DNA of 64,000 nucleotides from Nitrospirales bacterium (GTDB lineage Bacteria; Nitrospirota; Nitrospiria; Nitrospirales; UBA8639): NCBI GenBank assembly GCA_965203295.1, contig CBDBCZ010000017.1, positions 768,001 to 832,000 of the forward strand, read 5' to 3'. Shown piece by piece: positions 12,630 to 29,837 of this stretch (position 1 is its first letter; each line of letters starts with the position of its first letter). The notes under the pieces were generated by a model. It saw only the letters and a program-made list of their open reading frames with translations, ran no database searches and was not told where the DNA came from. The position numbers and the translations under genes were made by a program.

Positions 12630-15600
12630 ATGGAGTTGTTTGTGAAACAACAGTTGGAGTCATTTCTCCAGCAGTACGCCCCTACTGCTTGTCTCAGGTC
12701 AGTATAGACTACCTGTTGTTGTCAGAAATTATCTAGCGCACTGGCGGTAGGCCTCTATTATAGCAGTTCGTACATATAATATTATTGTATAATCTAAACT
12801 GTGATGAGAGCATGTTTGAGCTTTCAACAATAGGGTAAGTGTGGGGGTGTCGGGACGGCGCAGGTGGGGTTGTCCCGCACATTTACCTCATTCTCTGGGC
12901 CTTTCTATCTGCCTATGTTATGTATCATGAGCTACTGTTGTTCACTTGCAAGCACAGGCAAAAAAAAAGCCTTGGAAACGAGGCAAATATATCGCGCATC
13001 CAGACAACCCCTACTGTTCGGACCCCCCCTCACTAATTTTAGTCAGTAAGTAGTGTGACCTAGGATGAATCAGTCAACTGAGAGGGCTAGGCATAGTCGT
13101 TGGCGTCTAACATGAGATCATGCATGCACATATTTGGTCGCTGGCTTGTAAGACTGTACCTGCACGCAGCAGTTCAATATGACATCATGGAGTGCAGTCT
13201 CATTCCCAGGACTCCATGCACTCTGCAATTTTGGAGGGTGAGATATACCGCGAATTGCTGAAAAGTCAGATTTTTGCGAATTAAACTTTCGCGAATTATG
13301 GAAAACGACCGTTTGTGGGTGTGACAGTTTGCGCCTGTTGATATTTACACGCCCATTGATGGTGACACACCCCCGCACTCAATAAGAATTTTTGTGATTA
13401 AAACGTTCGCAAATTGCCCCAAAACCGCGAAATTAAAGTTTTCACCCGCGAAAGATTCCCGCTAGCTCTGAAATGGAGACTGGAAATAAGACCGTGGTGA
13501 AAGTTTGAATTCATGATCACTAGCGACTGAGCATCAAAAATTTTTGCTCTTCTGTAGTAACATTGACAGCATTGTCCTGGGCTATGTGGTGGAGGTTCTC
13601 TCCAGTTTGGGGGAGGAAGACGGAAGCTTCGATGTCGAGGAGCTCACAGAGATGATAGCAGCTTATGTCCCAGAGTTTGCCCAGATTGACAGGTATACTG
13701 GTACATAACAGTGTTGTATTTAGGATTTTTAGTTTGGGTGGGATCTTGAAAGTGGTGTTGGGTAGGGGGGGGGGGGGGGTGGCTGTTGGCATGGCCGCAA
13801 TTTTCTAAGGGGATCTGGCATGCATCCCCTGAATGTTTTATTTTTGTTTTTGTTTTTTAATTAGATATTTTTGAGAGTGGCTTTGAAGCAATTTGAGATG
13901 GCCTTGAGGTCATAAGTAGCTCAGTACAGACAGATTGCTAGCTGGTGCATTGTAAGTCTTACTCGCCCCTGTCAATTAAAACTCACCTACTGGGCAGAAA
14001 TGTGGGGGTAGGGGAAGCGGGACTGTTTGAGGGGGATTCCCCCCAGAGATATATACAGAACCCTAGCAGTCTGTAGCTAGCTCCACCTACTTCTGTAAAA
14101 GTGACCCCATTTAAACCATGCCTTCATTAGACTTTTAATGTTATGTTTATGTTCTGGCCATAGGAGGTCTTTAGTTTGGTCTGGCTTGTCTGTGAAACAT
14201 TATGTTTTTTGGCACATGCATTTTCTGCTTGTACCATAATGGATTGTTTTAGTCCCGCTGTGTACAGAATGCAGTAGTGCTACACGGAGACGGGTTTAGC
14301 AATCAGATAATGTATTCAGGGTTCTGCCCACACTGGTTGGCAGTGGTCGGGTCTAACCACCACTGAGCTTTTTTGACCACCACTCAGCTAATGGTTAACT
14401 CTATTTACAGTATTTTTAATATAGGAGAAAGTCCATTTAGCTAAAAGAAGTGTCTTGGAGATTGAATTTTGACCACCACTCAACGTCTCCTAGGTAGAAC
14501 CCTGTGTATTATTGTGATTAATCATACAAAAGCATGCAGCTGTCGACCACGCTCTTTCTCCCAGCACTAAGGTTTGCGAATGGATCTTCCAGTTGGCAGA
14601 ATTACAGCGAGAAAGAGCAGCTACCATTTCGAATAAGAAGCATGGTGACAGAAACGTTGAAGAGAAACCGGAATCACTCCAGGGAAGTGACTACCCTGAC
14701 GCTGTCTCTGGTGATACAAGCAGTCACCTGCCGTCTGGAGACTGCTTGGGACGGCAGCCAGTAGAGGGCGTGGCTGCGTCTTCGTCCACCGCTACTGCCA
14801 GTCTCGGTGGCTCCAGTGGTGGTAGTCGCCAGGCTGCCTCACACTGTGTAAAGGAAAGCAGCTCTAGAGATGCTAAGGAACTGGGAAAATGCCTGTACGT
14901 GAGAATTCTGTGTCCTGTTTTTGTGTGTGTGTGTGTGTGTGTTCACAATCTGATTTATGAATACTTTTCCTAAACTCTAAAGTCCCTCTTTTGGAGGAGG
15001 TGGTCACTTCTGGATTGGTTGGCTATTGCTAGGTTTAACCGTGTATATTTTTTTCCTAAAATTGGTGAACATTATCAAGTCGGTTATTGGCTTCCATAAA
15101 GATTTATGTTTTCGAGAGAGGTGGTCAATTTAGTGAGTGATAACAAGAGGCCAGTGTACAGAAGATTATCTGTTCTGTATATATTGGGCCAAAGAACACT
15201 ACAGCCGTGATGTAACTGATTTGTTACACAGGACACAGTCAGATACCCGGTATTACAAAAGCTTGTTGTTGATTTTCATCTGTTCTAGCGATCCTGAGAA
15301 GCTGACCATGCTGATGGAGATGTTTCCTGAGGTGTCCAGAGATGAAGTTGCGGAGAGCCTGGAGAGATGCCAGGGAGACATGGACGCAGCCGTACTGACT
15401 TTGTTGGAGTTTACAGACACGAATCCCAAAGAAGAAGAAATACACAGTACTGATGATATTGGGAAGAATTCCACTGCACAGCATCATAAGGTTAATGGGC
15501 GTATGGTTTGCCTAGAGTGTTAAATACAACCATTTCAAGAAAGAAGATAATATAGCAGCATATAACTATTCCGGAAGCAAAAGGTGGCGTTGCTTCCTAT

Positions 15601-16814
15601 GTGGGAAGGGTGAGGAAAACAGCCTAGAACTGGGCTTCCACCTGGTGATTAGTGTGCATATGTGCAAATACAGTGGAACCCCTCTATTGTGGACACCTTC
15701 GGGATCTGGTGAAGTGTCCTATATAGAGAGGTGTTCTCAATTCAGGGGTAATTTTCTATTAAGAAAGCATATCGGGACACAGCAAAGTTTCCTTAATTAA
15801 TACAGGGGTGTTCTTATTTCAGGGGTGTCCTTTAAGAGGGGTTCCACTGTAGTATAGTATGTGTGAGACTAATTGCATGGCGGTTGTTGACATAATGTTT
15901 CAGGAACACCCCAGCAGCTGTCAGAGCCATGGAGCAGTTGATGAAAAGACTGTCACAACTACAGCACCGGATCAGCAGCTGAAGGACTATGTCTTGTCAA
16001 GGTAGTAAAGTTCATGTGTAGCTATGTTATAGTCCATTTTGCACGTTTGATGTTTGTGACATCATTTGGAAGGTGCCCTTCTGTTGCAAATTAGTGAACA
16101 GTAGAAATAGGATGAACATGCAGAAGGGAGCATAAAGGCTTCAGACTGGTTGTGGTCACTGCTAGTGTGTACAGTGTATAATATAGAGTGATAATTACCA
16201 TACGTAACTCTGCCGTTCAAAACAAAGAACTGCTTAATTGTAGTCATATAGAGCTCGTGAAATGTTCCGCTTAAGACAGTGAACTTGTATCACGTCCCTG
16301 TCTCTGATCCAATGATGTCACTACAAAGGTCTGGATCAAAATCAGACTTGTGGCTGTTGTGTGAGCCCACCAAGTGGCATTTGCATCCCTTGGCTACCAA
16401 TTATATCCAGCCCCACCCCACACACTTTCTCTCTTCCGTTAACTTGCTTTAGCTATAATTAAAGCTTATTATTTGAACTGAGCTGGAACATTAGTTTGGT
16501 GCTCTCTCGTTCCTCTGTAGATACGCATTCGTTGATACCCATCAGGACAAACTTACACACAAGCCATTCTTGGCGAAATCTGTGAGTTTCTTCTTTAACT
16601 TTATTAAAATCTACAGTGCATGATTGATGGTGTATCATCTACAACAACAATTACATTGTAGCAAGAAAAGAAGCTGGTTCGTTACCGTGACAACCAGGTG
16701 GTGAGCACCAAGGGAGAGCGCTATACCATGGTGACCAAGAAAGACCACGAAGGAGAGGAAATGAAGAAGACATACGTGAACATAAAACCTCTCAGAAAGT
16801 ACAGGTTCCACTGA
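12630..16814 (+). CDS. CUEDC2: CUE domain-containing protein 2
   Basis: Exons 12630-12697, 13558-13692, 14565-14894, 15289-15490, 15904-16001, 16521-16581, 16662-16814. [20 protein letters not shown] motif LMEMFP and C-terminus [19 protein letters not shown]...[16 protein letters not shown] match CUEDC2. Confidence 0.93.
14317..14504 (+). mobile_element. About 190-bp MITE with CAGGGTTCTGCC TIR and 6-bp TSD (hAT-like)
   Basis: TSD tgtatt. Other copies at 42672-42860 (TSD tacatg), about 45725-45920 (reverse) and 63377-63565 (TSD tacatg). Confidence 0.85.
15671..15849. mobile_element. Tc1/mariner-like MITE (CAGTGGAACCCCTCT TIR, TA flanks)
   Basis: ta|cagtggaacccctct...agaggggttccactg|ta; relatives at 40035-40180, about 8042-8216 and about 63141-63328. 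Confidence 0.8.
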
Positions 16815-17134
16815 CGAAAGCAGTTGTTGATGTGGTGTTAGTGTCTCGTGATATCAGTTTCTATAACATACACGGCAGCATCCCATTGCCATATACAGCG
16901 TACAGTTATGTGTTGTATATGTGAACCATTTTGTCCATTCGGTAACTGATTCTGTTGCACAACCCCAAGTTAGCTTTGCAGTGTGCCCAGAATGAAAGCA
17001 GAAGTGGCTCAGATTTTCCTGTTATGAAGTCATTGGGCTGTAAAACAATTCAAACCAACAGCCATATGTAGCTACACTTTGCCAAAAAGTGCAAAAACCA
17101 GTCGTGTAGGGATGCACTCCCACTAAAACATTTC

Positions 17135-21856
<4,722 letters not shown>

Positions 21857-23215
21857 CTGCAAAGAAAAAATGTAAGGGTTGTTTCTAGGCAAGTCTGGAG
21901 TCCAGGTTCCAGGCTCCCATTTGTAAAAATGTAGTGGGGTATGTGTCTCTGCTAGGGACTTCTAGTTCCAGTTAGGAAGCCATGGCAGTCACATGCAGAA
22001 AACACATGCAATACTAGCTAGCCACGGTCTTCTACTAGTCTCCTTCCAGGCCTCGACCCTGTACAGCTTTTACTGTAGAATGGAGTCTGGGATCGAGAGA
22101 TCTTCTGCCCTTCTACTTACGTCTTCCTGGTCTTCGTTAACCCCGGATCCCTCTGTAGGGTCTCGTTCTGCTCAGTCAGCTCATTGACCTTAGGCTGCAG
22201 GCGGCGCTTGGCAGCAGTCAGACGAACTGCTTCCTCTTCCTAAAGTAGATCGATGTAATGGGGATAAAGTGAACATTAAAATGGAGAAAACATAGCTATG
22301 CTTTAATGTAGTTTTTTTTGTATATGAAAAACAAGCCTAGATTCTTGTGCTCCAGCATCATTGCATCACAATGGATAAAGCTATTAGCCATCTAACTTTA
22401 TCCAAAGCTAAGCTACTTATTTCTCATTTCCAGGCTCTACTGCCCAGCTTTTAGTATCCTACGTGCGAAAACAGCTGGGCAGTAGAGCCTGGGAACATAG
22501 GCTAGTAAGTACACACACTGTAAAATCCCAAAAAAAAATTTAAATAACATGTAACTGCAAAAACATTGTGGTTGTTTTCACCAAGCTTGGTTACCTCAGT
22601 TGCAATTCAAGGGTCACCTCCTATTCCAATTTGACCATACAAAGGCACAGCCAGAGGAAAACTAGACTGTCTGTATATACATGGAACAGTACGTACATGT
22701 TTAGTGATTATGTTTCCTGTGACTGGTTTCCTAACTTAATCTATCTGGCTAGCTTTCTGGTTGTGATAGTAAACTTGGAATACGAGGTATCTCTTGGATT
22801 GCAACTGATCTTAAGGTAACCAGCTTGGATAAAACAATCCTATCCTTTTATCAATGTATATGCGCTGCATGCATGACCCTAATGCATGCATGACTAGCCT
22901 TGAACCTAAGCCTTTCCTCAGCCAGATTTCCGATAATCTCACAGCCTTGGGGACAAAAATAGATATCTCCAAGGCTGCAAAATAAAAGGAAGACCTGGGT
23001 TTGAAACTATCCCAAGCATGCTCTAAATCCACTGTCTACAACAGATCAAACGTGATCCGAAAAACAACACAGGAGCATCAGCCACTCTGCTGCAAGTATT
23101 AAAAACTAATTTAAAAAGAAGTTACAGCTGCACACTCATCAATATTAGCTAAGTAATTGTTCCGATACAAAATTATAGGAATGAAGACCTAGTCACTACA
23201 TCGCAAGTAGTTTGT

Positions 23216-23860
23216 TTACTCAGCTGTTACTTTCAGTGGTTTCCCGCTGATGGCCTCTTTGACTTCCTTCACCTTCTCCATTATCTTCTTGGCGTAATCC
23301 AGGGCCGCGTCAGGCTTTATCCCATTTTTTGCACACATTCGAGAGATGACATAAATAAGGACGCTCGGGTCCACTTGTTCGGGGTTTATCACGCGTTTAA
23401 CGCAGTAGACGGCAAAGACATTCTGAGCGACTTTCACGATTCCTTCGCTGGAGAAGTTCCACTTCCAGTAGTATACGTCGACACGAAGTAGAGCGTTATT
23501 CTCCCAAAGTATGAGCATGTCCTCAGACTCGTTTTCCCCAATTGAAAAGTTGCCAAGGAGTGCGTTTACTCCGCCAAGAATGAGCTCTTTTGCACCATCG
23601 AGAAAATCTCCACTAAAGAAATGTTCGATAGCGCTACTGGCTTTGTCAGAATCCGAGGACGCATCGACGAAGATTTGCTGATGTTTGGCTACAACTAGTC
23701 CTTTGTGGATCTCCTCGTCGCCAGAACGTCCATGCAGAATCTCATCCACTTTGCTTGCGACTTGTGCCTGTGCCATTTTCTCGAGCATCGCAAGCATCTC
23801 TTTCGCGTGCGCATCCTGTTTAGCCTCGTGCTCTCGAAGTTTTGACATTGAGGTTCCCAT
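23216..23860 (-). CDS. Intronless 214-aa protein of unknown function with N-myristoylation motif
   Basis: Clean ORF starting MGTSMSK (MGxxxS/K); helical N-half and beta-strand-like C-half; TATA-like run at 23964-23971. Confidence 0.85.
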   Translation of the reverse strand: MGTSMSKLREHEAKQDAHAKEMLAMLEKMAQAQVASKVDEILHGRSGDEEIHKGLVVAKHQQIFVDASSDSDKASSAIEHFFSGDFLDGAKELILGGVNALLGNFSIGENESEDMLILWENNALLRVDVYYWKWNFSSEGIVKVAQNVFAVYCVKRVINPEQVDPSVLIYVISRMCAKNGIKPDAALDYAKKIMEKVKEVKEAISGKPLKVTAE

Positions 23861-24081
23861 GATTTATATCGCTGAAGGATTTAGCTAATAGTTAGTCCAA
23901 CAAGAAGCTGCACGAGTCTCAGAGTTATCACGGAAAGCGAACTGCAGAAGTAATCCCTAGCCCTATATATATGTTCCGCGCAAACCAGGAAGTTGCGCAA
24001 TCTTAGGATTGCGCAAAGTAGGAATCCGCACTTTGGCGCGCAATCCCAGGATTGCGCGGTTTTCGCGCAAAATTGGAATAC

Positions 24082-24800
24082 GTTGCCCACTACCCCTGCC
24101 CCGAGTGTTCCTCCACCGCTGATGAATTTGGGGACCATCAGATCGGTTGCGGGGGGAACGGGGACCAGATCACTCGTCACAACGCCATTCGTGATGTCCT
24201 TTTCTCTGCCGCCCAGTTAGCTGCGCTGGCCCCAACCCGTGAGGCCCCTGGTGTGGTGCCGGGTTCTCAGTCCCGCCCTGCTGACATCCTTCTCCCAACC
24301 TGGTCCCGAGGTCGCCCTGCTGCCTTGGACGTTCATGTGATCTCGCCTCTGCAACGCCAGACTGTCCAAGAGGCAGCCACCACCCCTGGTCACGCACTGC
24401 AGGTGGGTATCCAGCGTATTACTAAACTGGCTGCCCATCTGTCTGCCTGCAGAGCTGCGGGCGTGGAGTTCGTCCCCCTTGTGTCCGAGGTGCTTGGAGG
24501 GCTGGCTGCTGATACCATCACCACCATCAGAGCCATAGGGAAGGCGATCTCCCAGAGGACGGAGGCTGAAAACCACACCTGCACAAGGCAGCTTTTCCAT
24601 CGCCTTGCCATCGCCCTGTGGGGGGGTAACGCACGCCTCCTTTTACACAGTCAGCCATCCCTCCCCCCCCACCGTGGACGGTGTTATTTGACCTATTTGT
24701 GTGTTTGTCTTTGTGTATGTCTGCTTTTGTATTGTATTGTATTGTATTGTATTGTATTGTATTGTATTGTATTGTATTGTATTGTATTGTATTGTATTGT
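24082..24800 (+). mobile_element. 5'-truncated non-LTR retrotransposon of the RLE (CRE/R2-like) type with (ATTGT)n tail
   Basis: Zinc knuckle CPEC...H...C, RHN, RPADI...LDV restriction-like endonuclease motifs, EFVPLVSEVLGG; pentanucleotide tail about 24727-24800. Confidence 0.85.
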
Positions 24801-25169
24801 ATTCCACTTTTGCGCACACGTGAAAAAAAAATACGTTGCGCAAACCCTGCATTGCGCAAAATAATTCGTTCGTACAAAGTTAGAATTTTGATATGAAGTG
24901 CATGAAGAGTCAAAGTATAAACAGCAAAGGGATAAACAAAGGGACATTGACAAGTGCTATAAAGACAAAAAACTACTGAGTCCAATCGCCAACATGATAT
25001 GTATTAAAACCAACACATTTGTAATGAAACCATCTGTCACAACCATTACATTGTCAAATGATTCTGGCAATCTACACAATAAAACGGATGAAAGAAACTG
25101 ATGGCTTGCAAGTCGCAGAGACACTGCATTACTTATCGAGCGTGGCATTTTTATATAGCTACATGTATA

Positions 25170-25698
25170 CCGTATAGCGGGAAATTTTCGCCAGATTTAT
25201 TTTCGCGCACATGCGATTGGGCGAAATTAAATTCCACGGCATTATTAATAATTATTCTTTCAACACGGCAGTTTAGCAGTCTCGAGCAGAAGTGTCTTGC
25301 TGCCGCAGAATCTCCGTTCTCACTAGCGATTTGGACTTCAGTTCATTACTTAGCTTCATATAAGGCCCCCTCTTCGCCTTTGTAGCCTTTTCTTGGTGCC
25401 GAGCATTGGTATTACGGCTGCGTTCGCTTCCGCAATCGCCGACGATGGCAACGAAAATGACAGCGCCCCCATTGGATCAGGGAGCTGTCTACGTGGCAGA
25501 ACCTGCAAATAACGCAGCAGAGCCATACCGGTAGTGAGCTTAACTTTCGCAGCTGCATGCTACCATTGACAATGTGTAAATATTTCACCAGTCAAAATTT
25601 TTACCCGACAAAATTTTCACCGGTTAAATTTTCGCCACTTGAACTGACTGGCGAAATTGGCGAAAATTTACCCCTGGCGAAAATTTCCCGCTATACGG
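25170..25698. mobile_element. Tc1/mariner-like MITE nested in the 23970-25830 element
   Basis: ta|ccgtatagcgggaaattttcgcc...ggcgaaaatttcccgctatacgg|ta; internal match to 8437-8776. Confidence 0.85.
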
Positions 25699-26279
25699 TA
25701 GCTATAGAAGTGTCATGCACAATCACGTGTGCGCAAAAGTGGAATTGGCTGCGCAATCCCGGGATTGCGCGCCAAAGTATGCATTGCGCAATTCTAGGAT
25801 TGCGCAAATTCCTGGTTCGCGCGGAACATAATATAAGCTTATCATGTTTCGCCACGCCTCCTTATATTTATCATCTTGTTCCAGCGGCGCGCATGCGCAG
25901 CGCGAGGGTTACGGTACTTTAGTTGTGCGCGTTTGTCTGTTACCTCGCTAACAGCTAGCTACGCCGTTAAGTAATAGTTAAAGGTCAGTTTGGGTGAGGG
26001 GAATTTAAAGTCCGAGGAGTTGAACCCCTCACCCAAACTGTCCTTTAACTGATTTACTGTACATTGGTATAGCAATGATCCCTGTATGTGGCCTCCTTTG
26101 AGGGCTATAAGCGTGGGAAAAAGTGGTTGCCATGGTAATGTACGTTAACGTACCACATACGAGCAAATGCAACGGACATCCTAGGCTTTGCCACTGGAGA
26201 GCGGACTCTGTGAGTACATGTCGTTTAGCAGTGGTTCAAGTCATACTAGCAAATTACATGGATGTGAGCTGGCTTACAA

Positions 26280-29200
26280 GCTTTCAATTTGGAATATTAT
26301 GAAGGTGATGAGGAATTTATTGATTCGATACCACTCTTGTAGCCGTTCTTAACAGATTGACGACCCTGCTGTTTTTTTTTGTGAGAGCTCACGCCTATCA
26401 AGTTAGCTGAGAACTTTATGACCATGAATGGCTTAGACACTCATAGCTCAACAACACGACAATGGAGGGCCAGCAGAACTATGCAGGACTAGAGTGGAGA
26501 AAACCAATGAAGGAATAAGAAGTTCAAGAAGAGGAGAGAGAGAGAGGGGGGGGGGGGGGGGGGGGGGGGTTGTGTACTACCATGGGCTTTTTGATTGAGT
26601 ATACTTCTGCTTCAGTGTGCAGCCCGTATATAGCTTTGTATGTATTTACGGTAAAGATATCTAACTACAGGCCATTTAGGCAAGCTAGGCTGTCCACTAA
26701 CATGCCTACAACATCAAAACTAAAGGATACACACACAGTCGTGTGGTACTGTTGGAGTTGATGTGTGTGTGCGTGGGGGGGGGGGGGGGGGAGTGGAGTC
26801 TGTTTGTTTTAAGTCTGCATGGGCTCCATCTCATGGATGCAAGAACTGTGTGGGAAGCAGCCATGTCCTTCATGTAAGAGCAAAATAATAATATGAGGCT
26901 TGTTTTAAAAGGGTAGGAGTGAATTATCATGTGAAAAAAAGTTTGAGAAGGGGCCTGGGAAGGGGTCTGGGAAGGGGCCTGGGGGTAGGAGTCTTTTATT
27001 TTATGACTGGGCTCCAACTGAAGATGGAACTCTTAGACTAGCTATATGCCGAGCTTATTGATGTAAAAATCTCAAAAAGGAGTTTGTAGGGAAAAGTTCA
27101 AGGAATATTTTACACCAATCAACTCTGAATATTATTGGCACTGATTGAAAAACAAACGTTTACATTCGTTTTGTACAGTCTGTGCATGTCATTAACGGAC
27201 ATGTACTAATGACTCAGAGAGTAATTACAGTTGGAGTTGGATGGCTGGGTCCTACTGGCATAATACTAGCAGGTTAGTGGCTATACAAAGCTTGCCTACT
27301 GCTCCTCTGCCAAGCGACTCAGTGGTAAGAGCATCTGATCATGACTACTAGCTATTCAGAAAGTCCTGGATTCAATCCCTAGCTGGGTCCCGTTTTTTGT
27401 TGTTTTTTTCCCCTGGGATTTCTTTACTCTCTCAGAAAGCTTATCATCTCTTGAAGAGTTTACAATGTATATGGAGATGAGATGGACAGTCCCTATACCT
27501 ACCGCTGTTCGGGTACAACCTGTTTACTTAATCAGTTGGACAGCACAGATCCTGTTGTAGCATATCTCTGTGGCTGATTTAATGCTGAGTAATCAAACCA
27601 TAATGCCTGGATACGAGGCTAGCTACACATAGCTATGTATACATGTATAGTAACTGTTGTTCACAAGGACTATATTAAATATTGTAGTGTCAGCCACCAG
27701 ACTGTACAGTGTATTGAGTCTTGAATCTGAACAGCTTCCTTGTGGATGATATAGCTACTGCAAACATATAATTTCTGCTTTCATGTTCTTGGGAACTGTG
27801 TGTCCAGAGAATGTAGTTTCAACATACAAGCTGACTGTGTACAGTTACTATATTGAGGCTGCATCTAATGGATACTGCAGACAGCAATTTCTGTTTTCAT
27901 GCATATGTTCTTGGGAATTAGTTTCAAGCTGACTTTACAGTCACTGTATTGGGTCTGCATCTTCATGGATATTGCAAACAGCAATTTCTGTTTTCATGTT
28001 CTTGGGAATTGAGATAAGATAGCCAAAAAATACACCACAACTAAAACACAATGCCAGTTAGTCAATCCTCAGTAGTGCATGGTGCCACAGGGTCTCTATA
28101 GCCATCTTGGAATTGCCTTCGCTTCCACAAAAATTTGAGTACAATGGACTTCAAACCTAATCCTCATCTGCATAAAACTCAACCCTGCAACAGACACACA
28201 ATACAAATATATTGGGGGACGGATAAAGACCTACTTACAAAGATACGGACAAATTCACTGAACAACAAAGACAACAAAAGGACAATACAATGCAGGGGAG
28301 GGCCTAGACAGAACTTGACATCAAAGTACCCTACTTGTCACTATACTAATAATATAGGCTGCAACTTTTGAATGCACCTTTTTTGCATGGTATATGTAGC
28401 AAGGTATCCAATGGTTCAGAACACTGAATCCCAGGAAACTGTGCAAGGTACACTGAATGGATCATAGCATGGGCAGCTACATAATGGCAGCTATGTTCTA
28501 ACTAGCCTGAGGCGGAGCTGAAGTCTGGAACATAAAGCTATAGAGCTGTGTGTGTTAGGAAGTAGCTGCTGCTGTGAATGGGTTGCCGTCATGCATCATG
28601 CGTGTGCTAGAGCCAGGCAGCTATTACAGAGGTTTTCGAGTTGGTTGTCCACAGGAGAAGGCAAATAGGCAGTGGCTTTAAAGTACTTAATTAGGTTGCC
28701 CATGCTCCGAGTCATTAAATTTGTTGCCTATGCTCTATCCTGAATATACTCTATTGAAAAAATATATATACCTTGATACATATACTAATCAGTTTAGAAT
28801 TCCATTTGCAATATACTGTCATTATAAGTACAAAGACAGCTCAATGGGCTGCTTGTAATATTCCTGGAGCTGCATATATATATGGGCATCACATCAGCTG
28901 ATCTAAATAATCATCAGATTACCAAATTAAATGTGTCCATTTTGACCTTATGATAGTAGAGCCAGAAAGGCTAGACATATTATAGCTCCAGCTAGGGAAG
29001 CCAGTCATGGAACCACAGTCTGATAGTCACTGACATTATAGCTCCTGTGTACCTGCATTTGTTATTCCTGTAACTGCATAGTACGTACATGAAGTGACCT
29101 TTGAATTGGAACAAGCTTTCAGTTAAAACTGTCCTAATATTCTTGCATTATACCACCATGCAGGTACAACTGATTTGGCTGTAGATGGGCCAAAAGCTGT

Positions 29201-29670
29201 ACAGTAGGGAGTGTGTCAATTGTAAGACCTATCTCATAGCTATATACCCTTCCCCTTGAGTTTCTAATCCTCTCTGCATGTGCAGAGTGAACCATCACAA
29301 TGAGGGAGGAAAGCCATTCTCTCCCCCCCCAAACGAACAAACTGCATGTTCCGATTACAGCATATTACTTGACATGCAGGACATTCCTAGCCTGCATGCC
29401 CACTGTACGTAGTGCCTAGCTACAATCCCTTATAATTGCACTTGGTTTGTGACTGAATAAAAACTCTTTGTAGCTAAATCAGCCAAACAGAATATCAACA
29501 AAAAAATTCTTTATTTTTATAAGGAGAACGCAGTGTACAGGTTTCACTGGGATGATTAGCTACATCAAGATGAGTCTATGGAGCATGGAACTTTAATTAT
29601 TAATAACCCTTAGGTCAGAAAAGCATAAAATACAACTACTGTCTGTGCCATTTGATGTGGTACATGCTAT
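26280..29670. repeat. Segmental duplication copy C, paralogous to about 30770-34140 and partly to copy A
   Basis: Colinear matches such as 26340-26530 vs 30870-31060 and 29080-29310 vs 33115-33350. Boundaries approximate. Confidence 0.85.
27264..27468 (+). mobile_element. tRNA-derived SINE-like repeat (degenerate copy)
   Basis: Matches 57435-57637 in reverse; lies in an insertion (about 27206-27469) absent from paralogous sites near 18720 and 31420. Confidence 0.7.
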
Positions 29671-29749
29671 TGTGTATGAGACTCTCTGCAAGGCCTGTAC
29701 TGTGAGACTATAGGAATACTGTTTTTTACATAACACACCATAACACACA

Positions 29750-29837
<88 letters not shown>

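Larger units (their letters stand above)
23970..25830. mobile_element. Non-autonomous DNA element with about 100-130-bp imperfect TIRs, carrying two nested insertions
   Basis: tatgttccgcgcaaaccagga... at left is the reverse complement of ...tcctggttcgcgcggaacata at right; the left TIR resumes at 24801-24822 after the retroelement. Confidence 0.8.
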
